NCBI GenBank assembly: GCA_910589125.1
Contig: CAJURX010000009.1
Location: 22,240 to 86,239, forward strand
Reading direction: 5' to 3'
DNA: 64,000 nucleotides
Source: an uncultured Eggerthellaceae bacterium
Lineage (GTDB): Bacteria; Actinomycetota; Coriobacteriia; Coriobacteriales; Eggerthellaceae
Below the pieces are notes generated by a model, which had not been told where the DNA came from, made no database searches, and saw only the letters and a program-made list of their open reading frames with translations. Positions 38,263-47,434 of the stretch are shown one piece after another. The position numbers and the translations under genes are program-made. How positions within the stretch are numbered: the first letter of the stretch is position 1; each line of letters begins with the position of its first letter.

Positions 38263-38919
38263 CTACGCATCGGAGGTCGCCTCATCCTCGGTCATGTCGT
38301 ATTCGTCAGCATCCCCCAAGATCTCGCCCGTCTCCGATATCCGATCGGTCCAGTCGAATACGCGTTCCAACTTGAAGCCGCACACGCCCAGCGCTGAGCG
38401 CAGCGTGCCGACGAGCGGGTCGAACCCATACGGGTTGCCACCCTCCCCCACCACATGCACATCGAACGTGCGGCGCTTCCTCGTCCGGCTCCGGATGTTC
38501 GACCAGAAGTACGGCTGCAGCCGATCGAGCACGGCCTTCAGCTGAGCCGGAGGAGCCGCGAAGTAGAGGGGGGATATCACGGTCAGATGATTCGCAGCAT
38601 CCAGATGGAGGCGCACGTCATCCATGTCATCATGCATGAAGCACTGATGGGCAGAGGCATTGCTCTTGTAGGCGATGGGCGCCTGCCGCAGCGGGTCGTC
38701 CACCTCGGGGATGCGGCCCCGCTCGGGCGAATCCTCGGGCAGCTCGACCTTGCAGCGATCGCACCCGACGCAAGGCGCCACCTCGAGCGAGGCGATGGAC
38801 ACGATGGAAGCGCCATCATCAGGGCAGTCCTCTATGCACGCATTGAAGATCGCATCTGCCAGGTGAGCGCATCTGCCGTTCGCGCGGGGCGAGCCCACGA
38901 GCAAGGTCCTGTGCATCAT
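38263..38919 (-). CDS. flavodoxin-like fold NAD(P)H-dependent FMN reductase / iron-sulfur flavoprotein-like protein
   Basis: LLVGSPRANGRCAHLA (FMN P-loop-like), CVGCDRC and LTVISPLYFAAPPAQLKAVLDRL are present. ATG 38919 overlaps the tatD stop (ATGA). The C-terminal tail is acidic. Confidence 0.65.
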   Translation of the reverse strand: MMHRTLLVGSPRANGRCAHLADAIFNACIEDCPDDGASIVSIASLEVAPCVGCDRCKVELPEDSPERGRIPEVDDPLRQAPIAYKSNASAHQCFMHDDMDDVRLHLDAANHLTVISPLYFAAPPAQLKAVLDRLQPYFWSNIRSRTRKRRTFDVHVVGEGGNPYGFDPLVGTLRSALGVCGFKLERVFDWTDRISETGEILGDADEYDMTEDEATSDA

Positions 38920-39893
38920 TCGCCTTCCCTCTGCCACGCCGTGGGTGGCCGATCGAGCAACCCCAGCGCATTCCGATACGTATCCGCAAGGAGCCGCACG
39001 CGCATCTCCTGATCAGCCTCGTCCCCGAGCACCTCCGCACATGCGTGCTCAGCGGTGAACACCACCTGAGCTGGCTCGCACGCCTGCCCGCGCAAGGGAA
39101 CCGGTGCCATGTAGGGAGCATCGGTCTCCAGCAAGAGGCGCGCAGGCGGGACAGCGCGGATGGCCTCGCGGATGGCATCAGAGCTCGCGAAGGTGAGCGC
39201 GCCGCCAAATGCGACGAAGCACCCTGCATCCACCCAACGTGCGACCTCATGCACATCAGATGTGTAGCAGTGCAAGAGCACGCCCGCTTGATCCCAACCC
39301 ACCTCCTGCATGATGGCATAGGCATCCTCGAACGCCTCGCGCACATGCAAGATGACGGGGAGGCCAGCTTCGCGTGCGAGCTCCAGCTGGCGCGCGAACA
39401 CGCGCTGCTGCGCCTCCCGTGGAGAGAGGTCGTAGTGATAGTCGAGCCCTATCTCCCCCAGCGCGCTCACGCGTAGGTCATGCAGCCGCCAGGTGAGCTC
39501 GCGCTCCACCTCATCCGTCCAGTCCTTCGCATTGTGGGGATGCACCCCACAGGCGATGCGCACCTGCGGGACGTCATACGGTGCTTGTCCGCAACAGAGC
39601 GATCCCATCTGGCGAACGAGGAGCTGTGCGCGCTTCGTCCAACCAGCAAGGTCGTCGAAGGTGACAGACCCATCCTCGACGACATCGACGATGGTCTCTA
39701 TGAAGGCGATCTGATGAGCACCGGCGCGCGCAAGAGCGAGCGCCGGGTCAGCCAAGAGCTGAAGATGCGCATGGGAATCCGCGATGGGCGCGAGGAGATG
39801 CGGCGCGTTCACGATCTGCGCGCTGCCATCCTTCTTGACCTTGCGGAAGTGCTCATCATGCAACGCAGCGGCCTCGAGGTCAGAGCGCGTCAT
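38916..39893 (-). CDS. tatD: TatD family metal-dependent hydrolase
   Basis: DSHAHLQ, GEIGLDYHYD and LETDAPYMAP are present. I prefer ATG 39893, downstream of the metG stop; the longer track ORF overlaps metG. Confidence 0.85.
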   Translation of the reverse strand: MTRSDLEAAALHDEHFRKVKKDGSAQIVNAPHLLAPIADSHAHLQLLADPALALARAGAHQIAFIETIVDVVEDGSVTFDDLAGWTKRAQLLVRQMGSLCCGQAPYDVPQVRIACGVHPHNAKDWTDEVERELTWRLHDLRVSALGEIGLDYHYDLSPREAQQRVFARQLELAREAGLPVILHVREAFEDAYAIMQEVGWDQAGVLLHCYTSDVHEVARWVDAGCFVAFGGALTFASSDAIREAIRAVPPARLLLETDAPYMAPVPLRGQACEPAQVVFTAEHACAEVLGDEADQEMRVRLLADTYRNALGLLDRPPTAWQREGE

Positions 39894-39924
39894 GCTCGCT
39901 CGCTCCCCTGCACCCGGCACATGC

Positions 39925-41505
39925 TCACTCGAACTCCGGCAGGTCATCCACATCGAGGCGCGGGAAGAGCGGATCTCCCACCTGGATGAGGTTGCCTGCA
40001 GGCAGCTGGCCCCAGGCGCTAGCCGCCTTGATGTCCTCAACGTCGCGGATGGCGCCCAGCCCGAGCCTCCGGTAGACCTCCTCAGAGGTGTTCGGCGCGA
40101 AAGGTGCCATGTACAGGGCGATCACGCGGATGGCTTCGAGCAGGTTGTACATCACGCACGCCAGCTCATCCTGCTTCTCTGGGTCCTTCGCCAGCTTGAA
40201 GGGCTCCGTCTCCTCGATGTAGCGATTGGCGCGCGAGGCCAGCTCCTGTACCGCAGCCGCCGCGGCTGAGAAGTCGACATCCGCCATGGCGCGGTCGTAC
40301 GTCTCGTACAGCTCATCCACGATGGGCTCAAGCGGGTTGTCGCATGACGCTGCGCAGCTGTTAGGCACGCACCCATCGAAGTACTTCTTCGTCATGTTCA
40401 TGACGCGGCTCACCAGGTTCCCCCACGTGTTCGCCAGCTCATTGTTGTAGACCTGCACCATGCGCTCGATGGAGATAGCGCCGTCAGAACCGAACTGGAC
40501 ATCGCTCATGAAGTAGTAGCGGTATGCGTCCACGCCGAAGATGGCCACCAGATCCGCAGGCTTCAAGGCATTGCCCTTGCTCTTCGACATCTTCTCGCCC
40601 TTGGTGAGCAGGAAGCCATGGCCGAACACCGTATAGGGCACATCCATGCCGGCAGCCAAGAGCATCGCTGGCCAGATCACGCAGTGGAAGCGGATGATGT
40701 CCTTGCCCACGAAGTGGTACTGCATGGGCCAGCGGCGCTCGAATTCGCCTGCGCGCTCATCCGAGGCATATCCGATGCCCGTGAGGTAGGCGATCAGCGC
40801 ATCTGCCCACACGTAGGCCACATGGCCCTCATCGAAGGGCAGCGGCACGCCCCAGTCGAAGGTGGAGCGCGAGATGGAGAGGTCCTTGAGGCTGCGGCTC
40901 ACGAACGAGACGATCTCGTTCTTGCGCGTCTCGGGACGGATGAAGTCGGGATGCGACGCATAGAACTCCAAGAGCGGCTGCTGGAACTCGGAGAGCTTGA
41001 AGAACCAGTTCTCCTCGCCGGAGGCCATGAGCTGCACGGGGCGCTTGCAGTCCGGGCAGACATACTGGCCCTCATCGTCCTTCTCGAGGTCGGACTCGGC
41101 GTAGTACGTCTCCTCGTGCACGCAGTACCAGCCCTCGTACGCTCCCTTGTACAGATAGCCCTTGTCATAGAGCTTCTGCCAGAACTGCTTGACCGACACC
41201 AGATGGCGCGGCTCGGTGGTGCGCACGAAATCCGTGTATTCGATATCCAGGGCATCCCACGCATCGCGGAACGCCGGCTCCATGGAATCGCACCACTCCT
41301 GCGGCTCCATGCCATGGGCCGCAGCCGTATCGGCCACCTTCTGACCGTGCTCATCCATGCCCGTGACCAGCGACACATCCTTGCCGTTCATCCGCTGATA
41401 GCGGCACACCGTATCCGCCGCGATGGTGGTGTACGCGGTGCCCAGGTGCGGGGCGGCGTTCACATAGTAGATGGGCGTTGTCACAGAATACGTCTCGTTA
41501 GGCAT
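39925..41505 (-). CDS. metG: methionine--tRNA ligase
   Basis: Class I motifs are PHLGTAYTT (HIGH-type) and KMSKSKGN. GAGGAG SD before ATG 41505. Confidence 0.95.
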   Translation of the reverse strand: MPNETYSVTTPIYYVNAAPHLGTAYTTIAADTVCRYQRMNGKDVSLVTGMDEHGQKVADTAAAHGMEPQEWCDSMEPAFRDAWDALDIEYTDFVRTTEPRHLVSVKQFWQKLYDKGYLYKGAYEGWYCVHEETYYAESDLEKDDEGQYVCPDCKRPVQLMASGEENWFFKLSEFQQPLLEFYASHPDFIRPETRKNEIVSFVSRSLKDLSISRSTFDWGVPLPFDEGHVAYVWADALIAYLTGIGYASDERAGEFERRWPMQYHFVGKDIIRFHCVIWPAMLLAAGMDVPYTVFGHGFLLTKGEKMSKSKGNALKPADLVAIFGVDAYRYYFMSDVQFGSDGAISIERMVQVYNNELANTWGNLVSRVMNMTKKYFDGCVPNSCAASCDNPLEPIVDELYETYDRAMADVDFSAAAAAVQELASRANRYIEETEPFKLAKDPEKQDELACVMYNLLEAIRVIALYMAPFAPNTSEEVYRRLGLGAIRDVEDIKAASAWGQLPAGNLIQVGDPLFPRLDVDDLPEFE

Positions 41506-41550
41506 GGGTGCTCCTCATGATGTTCCTCTGGGTGTAGCGCATATGGCGAG

Positions 41551-41559
41551 ATTCTATCA
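41551..41559 (-). promoter_or_regulatory. candidate extended -10 (TGATAGAAT) for metG
   Basis: The minus strand reads gcaTGATAGAATctcg, about 45 nt upstream of ATG 41505. Confidence 0.45.
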
Positions 41560-41628
41560 TGCGGGCAGGGCCGCACATGAGGGATGCGCACTCCGTGAGC
41601 GCAGGACCCTTGAGCGCACCTCCCTGGA

Positions 41629-41656
41629 GCTCCTCGCGCATGCCCGCGCGAGGAGC
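41629..41656 (-). terminator. hairpin after ppk1 (candidate terminator)
   Basis: Perfect 11-bp stem GCTCCTCGCGC / GCGCGAGGAGC with a 6-nt loop, about 50 nt after the ppk1 stop. No U-tract, which is not unusual in GC-rich genomes. Confidence 0.45.
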
Positions 41657-41702
41657 GGCACCTCCACCCCTCACACGGGCCCAAGCAAGGGCGCCTGAGC
41701 GC

Positions 41703-44621
41703 CTAGCCGAAGAGGCGCTGCCAGAAGGTCTGCTTCTTCGGCAAGACGATGGGCTGCTGCTCGTGCTCCTCCACCAGATAGGACCCCGTCGGCTCCGGGA
41801 GCGGCTCGTAGTGGAGCACCTCCTCATCAGGTGCCACCTGCGTCCCCTCCAAGGTAGATTGCTCCGCGCCGCTCGGCATGACCTGCATCCCATCAGGAGC
41901 CGGGTAGGCCGCATCGTAGGTGGGCTGCATCGCAGGGGGCACGCATCCAGTCCCCTCGGGCGCGAAGGGCATCATGTCAGGTGCGGGTGCGCCTGCGCTC
42001 ACAGGGTCGAGGCGCATCGTGGGCATGGCATCCAGGGGCATGTCGAACGCTCCGCCGTCTGGCACCTCGCTCGGTACCGCATCAGCGGCCGCTGCCGCCT
42101 CAGTCGCTTCAGCTTCCGCCATCGCATCCGCTTCGGGCGCACGTCCCTCGGGCCCATCCTGCACCTGATGCGCGGCGCCTGCATCCGCCGCGTTGGCGAT
42201 CGCGTCCTCGCTCACAGCAGCGCCCTCCGCCATGGCAGCCATGGCACCCTCAGCCACAGCCTCGAACTCGGATGCCTCTTCACCGAATGCCGATTCCATC
42301 TGCTCCTGATGGAAGGTGCTGACCGCGCTTGCCGCATCGAAGCGCGCGGGCATCGTCCCCCACGCCTCGCCCGTCGCCCGTTCAGCCTCGGCCATGAGGT
42401 ATGCCTGCGAATCGAACAGGGTCACGCATCCGCGCTCATCCGCCTTCGCGAATGATCCGATGTCGGTGTACTCCTTGTTCGGCAAGAGGTCGCGCAGCTT
42501 CGCCGTATCCGCCATGCACGTGCCGATGTAGCCGATGACCTCCTTGCGCAGGTCGTCCGAGAGGACGGGCCATGCCACCTCGATGCGCTTGTCCATGTTG
42601 CGCGTCATGAGGTCTGCGCTGGACAGGTACACCTCCACGTTGCCATCGAGCGGACCGAACGCGTAGATGCGGCTATGCTCCAACAGGCGCCCCACGATGG
42701 ACACCACGCAGACGTTGTCCGTATAGCCCTTCACCCCAGGCACGATGCAGGAGATCCCGCGGACGAGCAGCGTGCACTGCACGCCCGCGCGCGATGCCTC
42801 CACGATCTTCTCGATGAAGTCCTTGTCCGTGATGGAGTTGGTCTTGAAGAAGAGGCTCGCCTGACCACCTGCGCGCTTGATGGCGATCTGCTCGTCGATC
42901 TTGCGCAGGATGTTCTGCTTGACCTGGAGCGGCGCCACCCAGAGCGTCTTGTACTCATCCGATGTGTTCTCCAGCGCCATGTTGCGGAAGAAGCGCATGG
43001 CATCCTTGCCGATGTGGGGGTCGGTGGTGAGGAACGAGAAGTCCGTATAGAGCTTCGCCGTCTTCTCATTGTAGTTGCCGGTGCCCAGCTGCGTGATGTG
43101 CTGCAGGCCGCTCTCCGTCTGGCGCGTGATGCAGCAGATCTTGGAATGCACCTTGTAGTTGCGGAAGCCGTAGATCACATGGCACCCGGCCTGCTCGAAG
43201 CGCTGCGACCATGCGATGTTGTTCGATTCGTCGAAGCGAGCACGCAGCTCGAAGAGAGCTGTGACCTCCTTGCCCATCTCAGCCGCCGCGATGAGCGCTT
43301 CTGCCAGATGCGACTGGCTCGCCAAGCGGTACAGCGTGATCTTGATGGACACCACGCTCGGATCATACGCCGCCTCGCGCAAGAGCTGCACGAACGCATC
43401 CATGGACTCGTACGGATAGCTCATGAGCACCTCGCGCTGGCTCACCTGCTGTATCAGCGATGTGCCGCGCGTGAGCGATGCGGGCCACTGGGGAGCGAAG
43501 GGCGCATAGGTGAGGCGGCGGCGCACATCAGCGGGCACGCGTGCGGGAAGGGAGAACACGTAGCTCATATCCAACGGCACGGATGACACGAACGTCTGAT
43601 GCTCCTTGAGGTCGAGCCGGCCCAGAAGCTCCCGCTTCACCGTTTGGGAGAGCTCCTTCTCGCTCTCGAGGCGCACAGGGGCCAGGCGGCTGCGCTTCTT
43701 CAGGATGCGCTTCATGTGCTCGCGGTAGTCCTCGCCCTGCTCCTCGGAACCCTCCGTGGCATCCAGGTCGGCATTGCGCGTGACGCAGATGATGTTGGTG
43801 TGCTTCACCTTGTACATGGAGAAGATCTTCGCCGCGAACATCTCCATCACGTGCTCCAGCAGCACGAACTGCAAGCCACGCCCAGGTAGCTGCACGATGC
43901 GCTCGCACTGCCGCGGGAGCGGGATGATGCCAAGCGTCACACCCGTGGCACCCAGGTTCTTCGCGGCCTTCTCTCCCTTGGCATCCTTGGCCGCCCGCTC
44001 CTCCTTGGCCTTCTTCTTCTGCTTGGGACCTGCCTGCTCGTCGAGCCGGACGACCACATAGAGCGCCCCATTCTCCAGGTGCGGGAACGGATGGCGCGCG
44101 TTGATGATCTGCGGTGCCAGGAACGGCATGATGTTCGCCTCGAAGTAGTCCTCGACGAAGCGGAGCTGATCGGGGGTGAGCTGCTTGGGCTTGAGGTTGA
44201 CGATGCCCTCCTGGGCCAGCTCTCCGCGCAGTGCCTTGAAGCAGCTCTCGTAGTACGGATACATCTCATGGCAGCGCGCATACACCGCATCGAGCTGCTC
44301 GGTGGGCGTCATGCCGGACTTGGAATCGATGATGGCCTTCTTGATGAGCGCCATGTCGGTCAGGCTGCCCACGCGGACCATGAAGAACTCTTGCAGGTTC
44401 GACCAGAAGATGGATATGAAGCTCAAGCGCTCGAAGAGGGGAACCGACGGGTCTGAGCCCTGATCCAAGACGCGCTTGTTGAATTCGAGCCATGAGAGCT
44501 CGCGATTCTGCAGGTACGGAGCCTGCTTGCCATGCTCGGGCGCGGGAGCCTGCTTCGTGCGACCGTCGCGCTTGCCGTCCTTGCCATCCTGCGCTCGGGC
44601 CATCTTCGATGCATCAACCAT
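41703..44621 (-). CDS. ppk1: polyphosphate kinase 1 with about 225-aa acidic low-complexity C-terminal tail
   Basis: YLQNRELSWLEFNKRVLDQG, the two PLD-like HKD regions (KVHSKICCI; EHSRIYAF) and SSADLMTRNMDKRIEV are present. The GAGGAGAGG SD favours ATG 44621 over 44636. Confidence 0.9.
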   Translation of the reverse strand: MVDASKMARAQDGKDGKRDGRTKQAPAPEHGKQAPYLQNRELSWLEFNKRVLDQGSDPSVPLFERLSFISIFWSNLQEFFMVRVGSLTDMALIKKAIIDSKSGMTPTEQLDAVYARCHEMYPYYESCFKALRGELAQEGIVNLKPKQLTPDQLRFVEDYFEANIMPFLAPQIINARHPFPHLENGALYVVVRLDEQAGPKQKKKAKEERAAKDAKGEKAAKNLGATGVTLGIIPLPRQCERIVQLPGRGLQFVLLEHVMEMFAAKIFSMYKVKHTNIICVTRNADLDATEGSEEQGEDYREHMKRILKKRSRLAPVRLESEKELSQTVKRELLGRLDLKEHQTFVSSVPLDMSYVFSLPARVPADVRRRLTYAPFAPQWPASLTRGTSLIQQVSQREVLMSYPYESMDAFVQLLREAAYDPSVVSIKITLYRLASQSHLAEALIAAAEMGKEVTALFELRARFDESNNIAWSQRFEQAGCHVIYGFRNYKVHSKICCITRQTESGLQHITQLGTGNYNEKTAKLYTDFSFLTTDPHIGKDAMRFFRNMALENTSDEYKTLWVAPLQVKQNILRKIDEQIAIKRAGGQASLFFKTNSITDKDFIEKIVEASRAGVQCTLLVRGISCIVPGVKGYTDNVCVVSIVGRLLEHSRIYAFGPLDGNVEVYLSSADLMTRNMDKRIEVAWPVLSDDLRKEVIGYIGTCMADTAKLRDLLPNKEYTDIGSFAKADERGCVTLFDSQAYLMAEAERATGEAWGTMPARFDAASAVSTFHQEQMESAFGEEASEFEAVAEGAMAAMAEGAAVSEDAIANAADAGAAHQVQDGPEGRAPEADAMAEAEATEAAAAADAVPSEVPDGGAFDMPLDAMPTMRLDPVSAGAPAPDMMPFAPEGTGCVPPAMQPTYDAAYPAPDGMQVMPSGAEQSTLEGTQVAPDEEVLHYEPLPEPTGSYLVEEHEQQPIVLPKKQTFWQRLFG

Positions 44622-44642
44622 GTAACCTCTCCTCATCGCACA

Positions 44643-44683
44643 GGGGCATGCAGTATCCTGTCAGTATACCGCGCGCATGCCCC
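44643..44683. promoter_or_regulatory. 9-bp perfect inverted repeat bracketing the divergent ppk1/ppk2 promoter core
   Basis: GGGGCATGC (44643-44651) and GCATGCCCC (44675-44683) flank CAGTATcctgtCAGTATA. The minus strand there reads TATACT (44663-44668), a candidate ppk1 -10. The plus strand has TATCCT (44654-44659). Confidence 0.35.
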
Positions 44684-44750
44684 GCCCTCACAGCGTCGAG
44701 CGCAGGTCAGGGCCCGGGCTCACAAAGGCCACAGAAAGAGAGGCGCATCC

Positions 44751-46325
44751 ATGCTCGATCGAGTGGATTTCTCAGCCGAACCCCTCAAGAAGGAAGCCTA
44801 CAAGCCTGCATACGATGCGCTCATCGAGCGGCTGGTCGTGCTCCAGCAGCAAGCCATCACCCAAGGCGTGGGGCTGGTCGTGCTCTTCGAGGGATGGAAC
44901 GGCGCTGGCAAGGGCAGCCGCATCTCGGATCTGATGTACCACTTGGATGCGCGCGCGACGAGCGTGCACGTCTCCCCCGATGCCGATGTCGCCTCCGCGC
45001 GCGAGCTCGGGCGCTTGGGCTCGGGCGTCACGGGATACCATCCGCTCATGCAGGAATACTGGCAAGCGCTCGGAGAGCGCGGGCACATCACGTTCTATGA
45101 CCGCGGCTGGTACACCAAGGCCACTCAGCTCATGCTGGCACAGCACCCCGCTGACCTGGTCCTGCCCAAGAGGGGCGCTCGGCACTACCTGGAATCCATC
45201 GAGGACTTCGAGCGGCAGCTCACCCGCGACGGATACGTCGTGGTCAAGCTCTTCATGCACATCCGGAAGAAGACGCAGCGCAAGCGCTTGGATAGGCTGT
45301 ATGACGACAAGGCCACGCGTTGGCGCGTACCGGAGAAGAAGCTCGTATCCACCAAAGACTATGACGAGGCGTACGAACTCTACGACAAGCTCCTGGACGG
45401 CTCCGACTTCTCCTTCGCTCCCTGGGTGCTCATCAACGGGGAGGACAAGCGCGCGGCGAACCTGGCCATCGCAGCCACGTTGGTATCCGCCATCGAAGGC
45501 GCGCTGGAGGCACGCGCTCGCGATGCCTCGAAGGAGGTCACCCCGCTGAGGACGGCTGCCGCCCAGCACGCCTGCGCCCCCGCACGGTCCCGCTTCGAAA
45601 CGGTGGACGATCCGCTGCGCGTGGAGACCATGGACCACAGCCTGAGCATCCCGCCTGATGAGTACAAGCGCGAGCTCAAGGACCTACAGAAGCGCCTGTT
45701 CCGCCTTGAGAACATCATGTACCAAGAGCGCGTCCCGCTGATGCTGGTCTATGAGGGATGGGACGCCGCCGGCAAGGGCGGCAACATCAAGCGCGTCGCG
45801 CAAGCGCTGGATGCCCGTGCATACACCATCTTCCCCTCCCCGGCGCCCACCAAGCCCGAGCTGGCCCATCCGCACCTATGGCGCTATTGGACGCGGCTGC
45901 CGAAAGCCGGGCATGTGGGCATGTACGACCGGAGCTGGTATGGACGCGTGCTCGTGGAGCGCGTAGAGGACATCACGCCGCCCGAGAGGTGGGCAGAGGG
46001 CTACGACGAGATCAACGAATTCGAGCATGACCTCATCGATTGGGGTGCCATCCTCTTGAAGTTCTGGGTGGACGTGTCACCCGAAGAGCAGCTCGCACGC
46101 TTCACGGCACGAGCGGAGGATCCGGCCAAGCAATGGAAGATCACGCCGGATGACTGGCGCAATCGAGAGAAGCTCGAGCAGTACGCCAGCGCGGTCGACG
46201 ACATGTTCCGCCTGACATCCACCACCTATGCGCCGTGGATCGTGCTCGAGAGCGACGACAAGCGCTATGCGCGGATCAAGGCGCTGCGCATCATCGTGGC
46301 TGCCCTGGAAGAGCGCCTGGGCTGA
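44751..46325 (+). CDS. ppk2: two-domain polyphosphate kinase 2 family protein (polyphosphate:AMP/NMP phosphotransferase-like)
   Basis: Tandem PPK2 domains, each with a Walker A (FEGWNGAGKG, YEGWDAAGKG) and a PPK2 lid/Walker B region (YDRGWY, YDRSWY). ATG 44751 has a purine-rich SD. The upstream 73 codons of the track ORF overlap ppk1. Confidence 0.88.
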   Translation: MLDRVDFSAEPLKKEAYKPAYDALIERLVVLQQQAITQGVGLVVLFEGWNGAGKGSRISDLMYHLDARATSVHVSPDADVASARELGRLGSGVTGYHPLMQEYWQALGERGHITFYDRGWYTKATQLMLAQHPADLVLPKRGARHYLESIEDFERQLTRDGYVVVKLFMHIRKKTQRKRLDRLYDDKATRWRVPEKKLVSTKDYDEAYELYDKLLDGSDFSFAPWVLINGEDKRAANLAIAATLVSAIEGALEARARDASKEVTPLRTAAAQHACAPARSRFETVDDPLRVETMDHSLSIPPDEYKRELKDLQKRLFRLENIMYQERVPLMLVYEGWDAAGKGGNIKRVAQALDARAYTIFPSPAPTKPELAHPHLWRYWTRLPKAGHVGMYDRSWYGRVLVERVEDITPPERWAEGYDEINEFEHDLIDWGAILLKFWVDVSPEEQLARFTARAEDPAKQWKITPDDWRNREKLEQYASAVDDMFRLTSTTYAPWIVLESDDKRYARIKALRIIVAALEERLG

Positions 46326-46456
46326 GCGATGACCCTCGCTCCGGCGGCAGGACAGCCTCGCAGAGCCGGCAGGCATGCCAGCTCCCACGGACAGCGAAAG
46401 GGTTGAGCGGCAGAACGGCGAAGCCGCCCGAGTGGGCCAGGATGCGCCCCTAAGCG

Positions 46457-47395
46457 CTACATCCCCACGTAGACGAGGATGGTGCGGATGGTATCCACCA
46501 GGTTCCCGGTGGCGTTCGCCATGGAATAGTCATACGTCAGCGTGGACGACCACGGCACCTCTGCCCCATTGGCCGTGCCCGTGCCCGAGAACGTGAAGCT
46601 CTCCTTGGTGAGCGTGGTGCCGTCGCTCGCATAGGTGGAGTACTGCATCTTATCCTCCGGCAGCTTCGCGCTGCCCTCAGGCACCGCAAGCCCCGCCTCG
46701 TCGAGCGTCTTCTCCACGATGGACTCGTTCGTCACCGCATCAGAGAAGCTGAGGGACCCGTATCCCAGAGAGGACGTGCTGGATGTGTAGCCCGCCCTGA
46801 TGATGGCACCGCCCTCGTTCAGGCTCAGCAGCACCGTGGGCGTCCCGCCACGCGAATCCGCTGGCTCTTCCGTGAGCGCGACGCGCACCTCCATGCGGAT
46901 GGGATTGCCCTCTTCGTTGACCTCGACGGCAGAGGAGACGCGCGCGCCGTGGCTGAGCGCCTGGATGGCCTCATCCTGCGACTTGCCCAGAAGCCCCACC
47001 AGGTCGGGCACGGTGGTCTTCTTGGACGTGGTGGCGGAGGTGTCCTTCATGGCCTGATCGGCATTGGTGGTGGCCTCTATCTCAGCTATCTGGGTCTGCT
47101 GGACGGCGGTGTTGCGCGCAGTCTGATATAGCTGCCAGCCCAAGACGCCCGCGCCTACCAAGAGCAGCACCAACAAGATGATGATGGCGATGAGGATCTT
47201 GCGCATGCGCGCCGACTTCTGGATGTAGGCTGCCTGGCCCTGGCGGGCGTGGCTTCCCTTGGCGCGCTTGCCACTCGCATCCTCTGCGTCTTCCGCTGTC
47301 AGCGTGACGACCTGAGGGGCCTCCTCGGGATGGGCACCCATGACCTGATGATCGGTGCTGGCTGCCTCGTCTTCGCGGCGCTTGCCTTTCCTCAT
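46457..47395 (-). CDS. bitopic membrane protein with PASTA-like extracellular segment, function unknown
   Basis: Basic cytoplasmic N-terminus, TM helix ILIAIIILLVLLLVGAGVLGW, then TVPDLVGLLGKSQDEAIQALSHGARV (a PASTA-like pattern). ATG 47395 has an AAGGA SD. The track start at 47425 is a TTG without an SD. Confidence 0.55.
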   Translation of the reverse strand: MRKGKRREDEAASTDHQVMGAHPEEAPQVVTLTAEDAEDASGKRAKGSHARQGQAAYIQKSARMRKILIAIIILLVLLLVGAGVLGWQLYQTARNTAVQQTQIAEIEATTNADQAMKDTSATTSKKTTVPDLVGLLGKSQDEAIQALSHGARVSSAVEVNEEGNPIRMEVRVALTEEPADSRGGTPTVLLSLNEGGAIIRAGYTSSTSSLGYGSLSFSDAVTNESIVEKTLDEAGLAVPEGSAKLPEDKMQYSTYASDGTTLTKESFTFSGTGTANGAEVPWSSTLTYDYSMANATGNLVDTIRTILVYVGM

Positions 47396-47434
47396 AGCTT
47401 GTCCTTGTCGTCCGTTGTCCGTCAAAGCTTCATT

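Noticed and set aside
41506-41702. Possible T-box leader upstream of metG
   Set aside because: GGGGTGGAGGTGCCGC near 41660-41690 is only loosely similar to the T-box core (GGGTGGTACCGCG). It lies at the 5' end of the gap rather than next to the coding start. There is no room for Stem I/specifier structures, and a TGATAGAAT promoter lies downstream of it. I interpret the hairpin as the ppk1 terminator.
44532-44750. 73-codon upstream extension of the PPK2 ORF
   Set aside because: It overlaps the start of the divergent ppk1 gene and the shared promoter region. Homology starts at MLDRVDF (ATG 44751), which has an SD.
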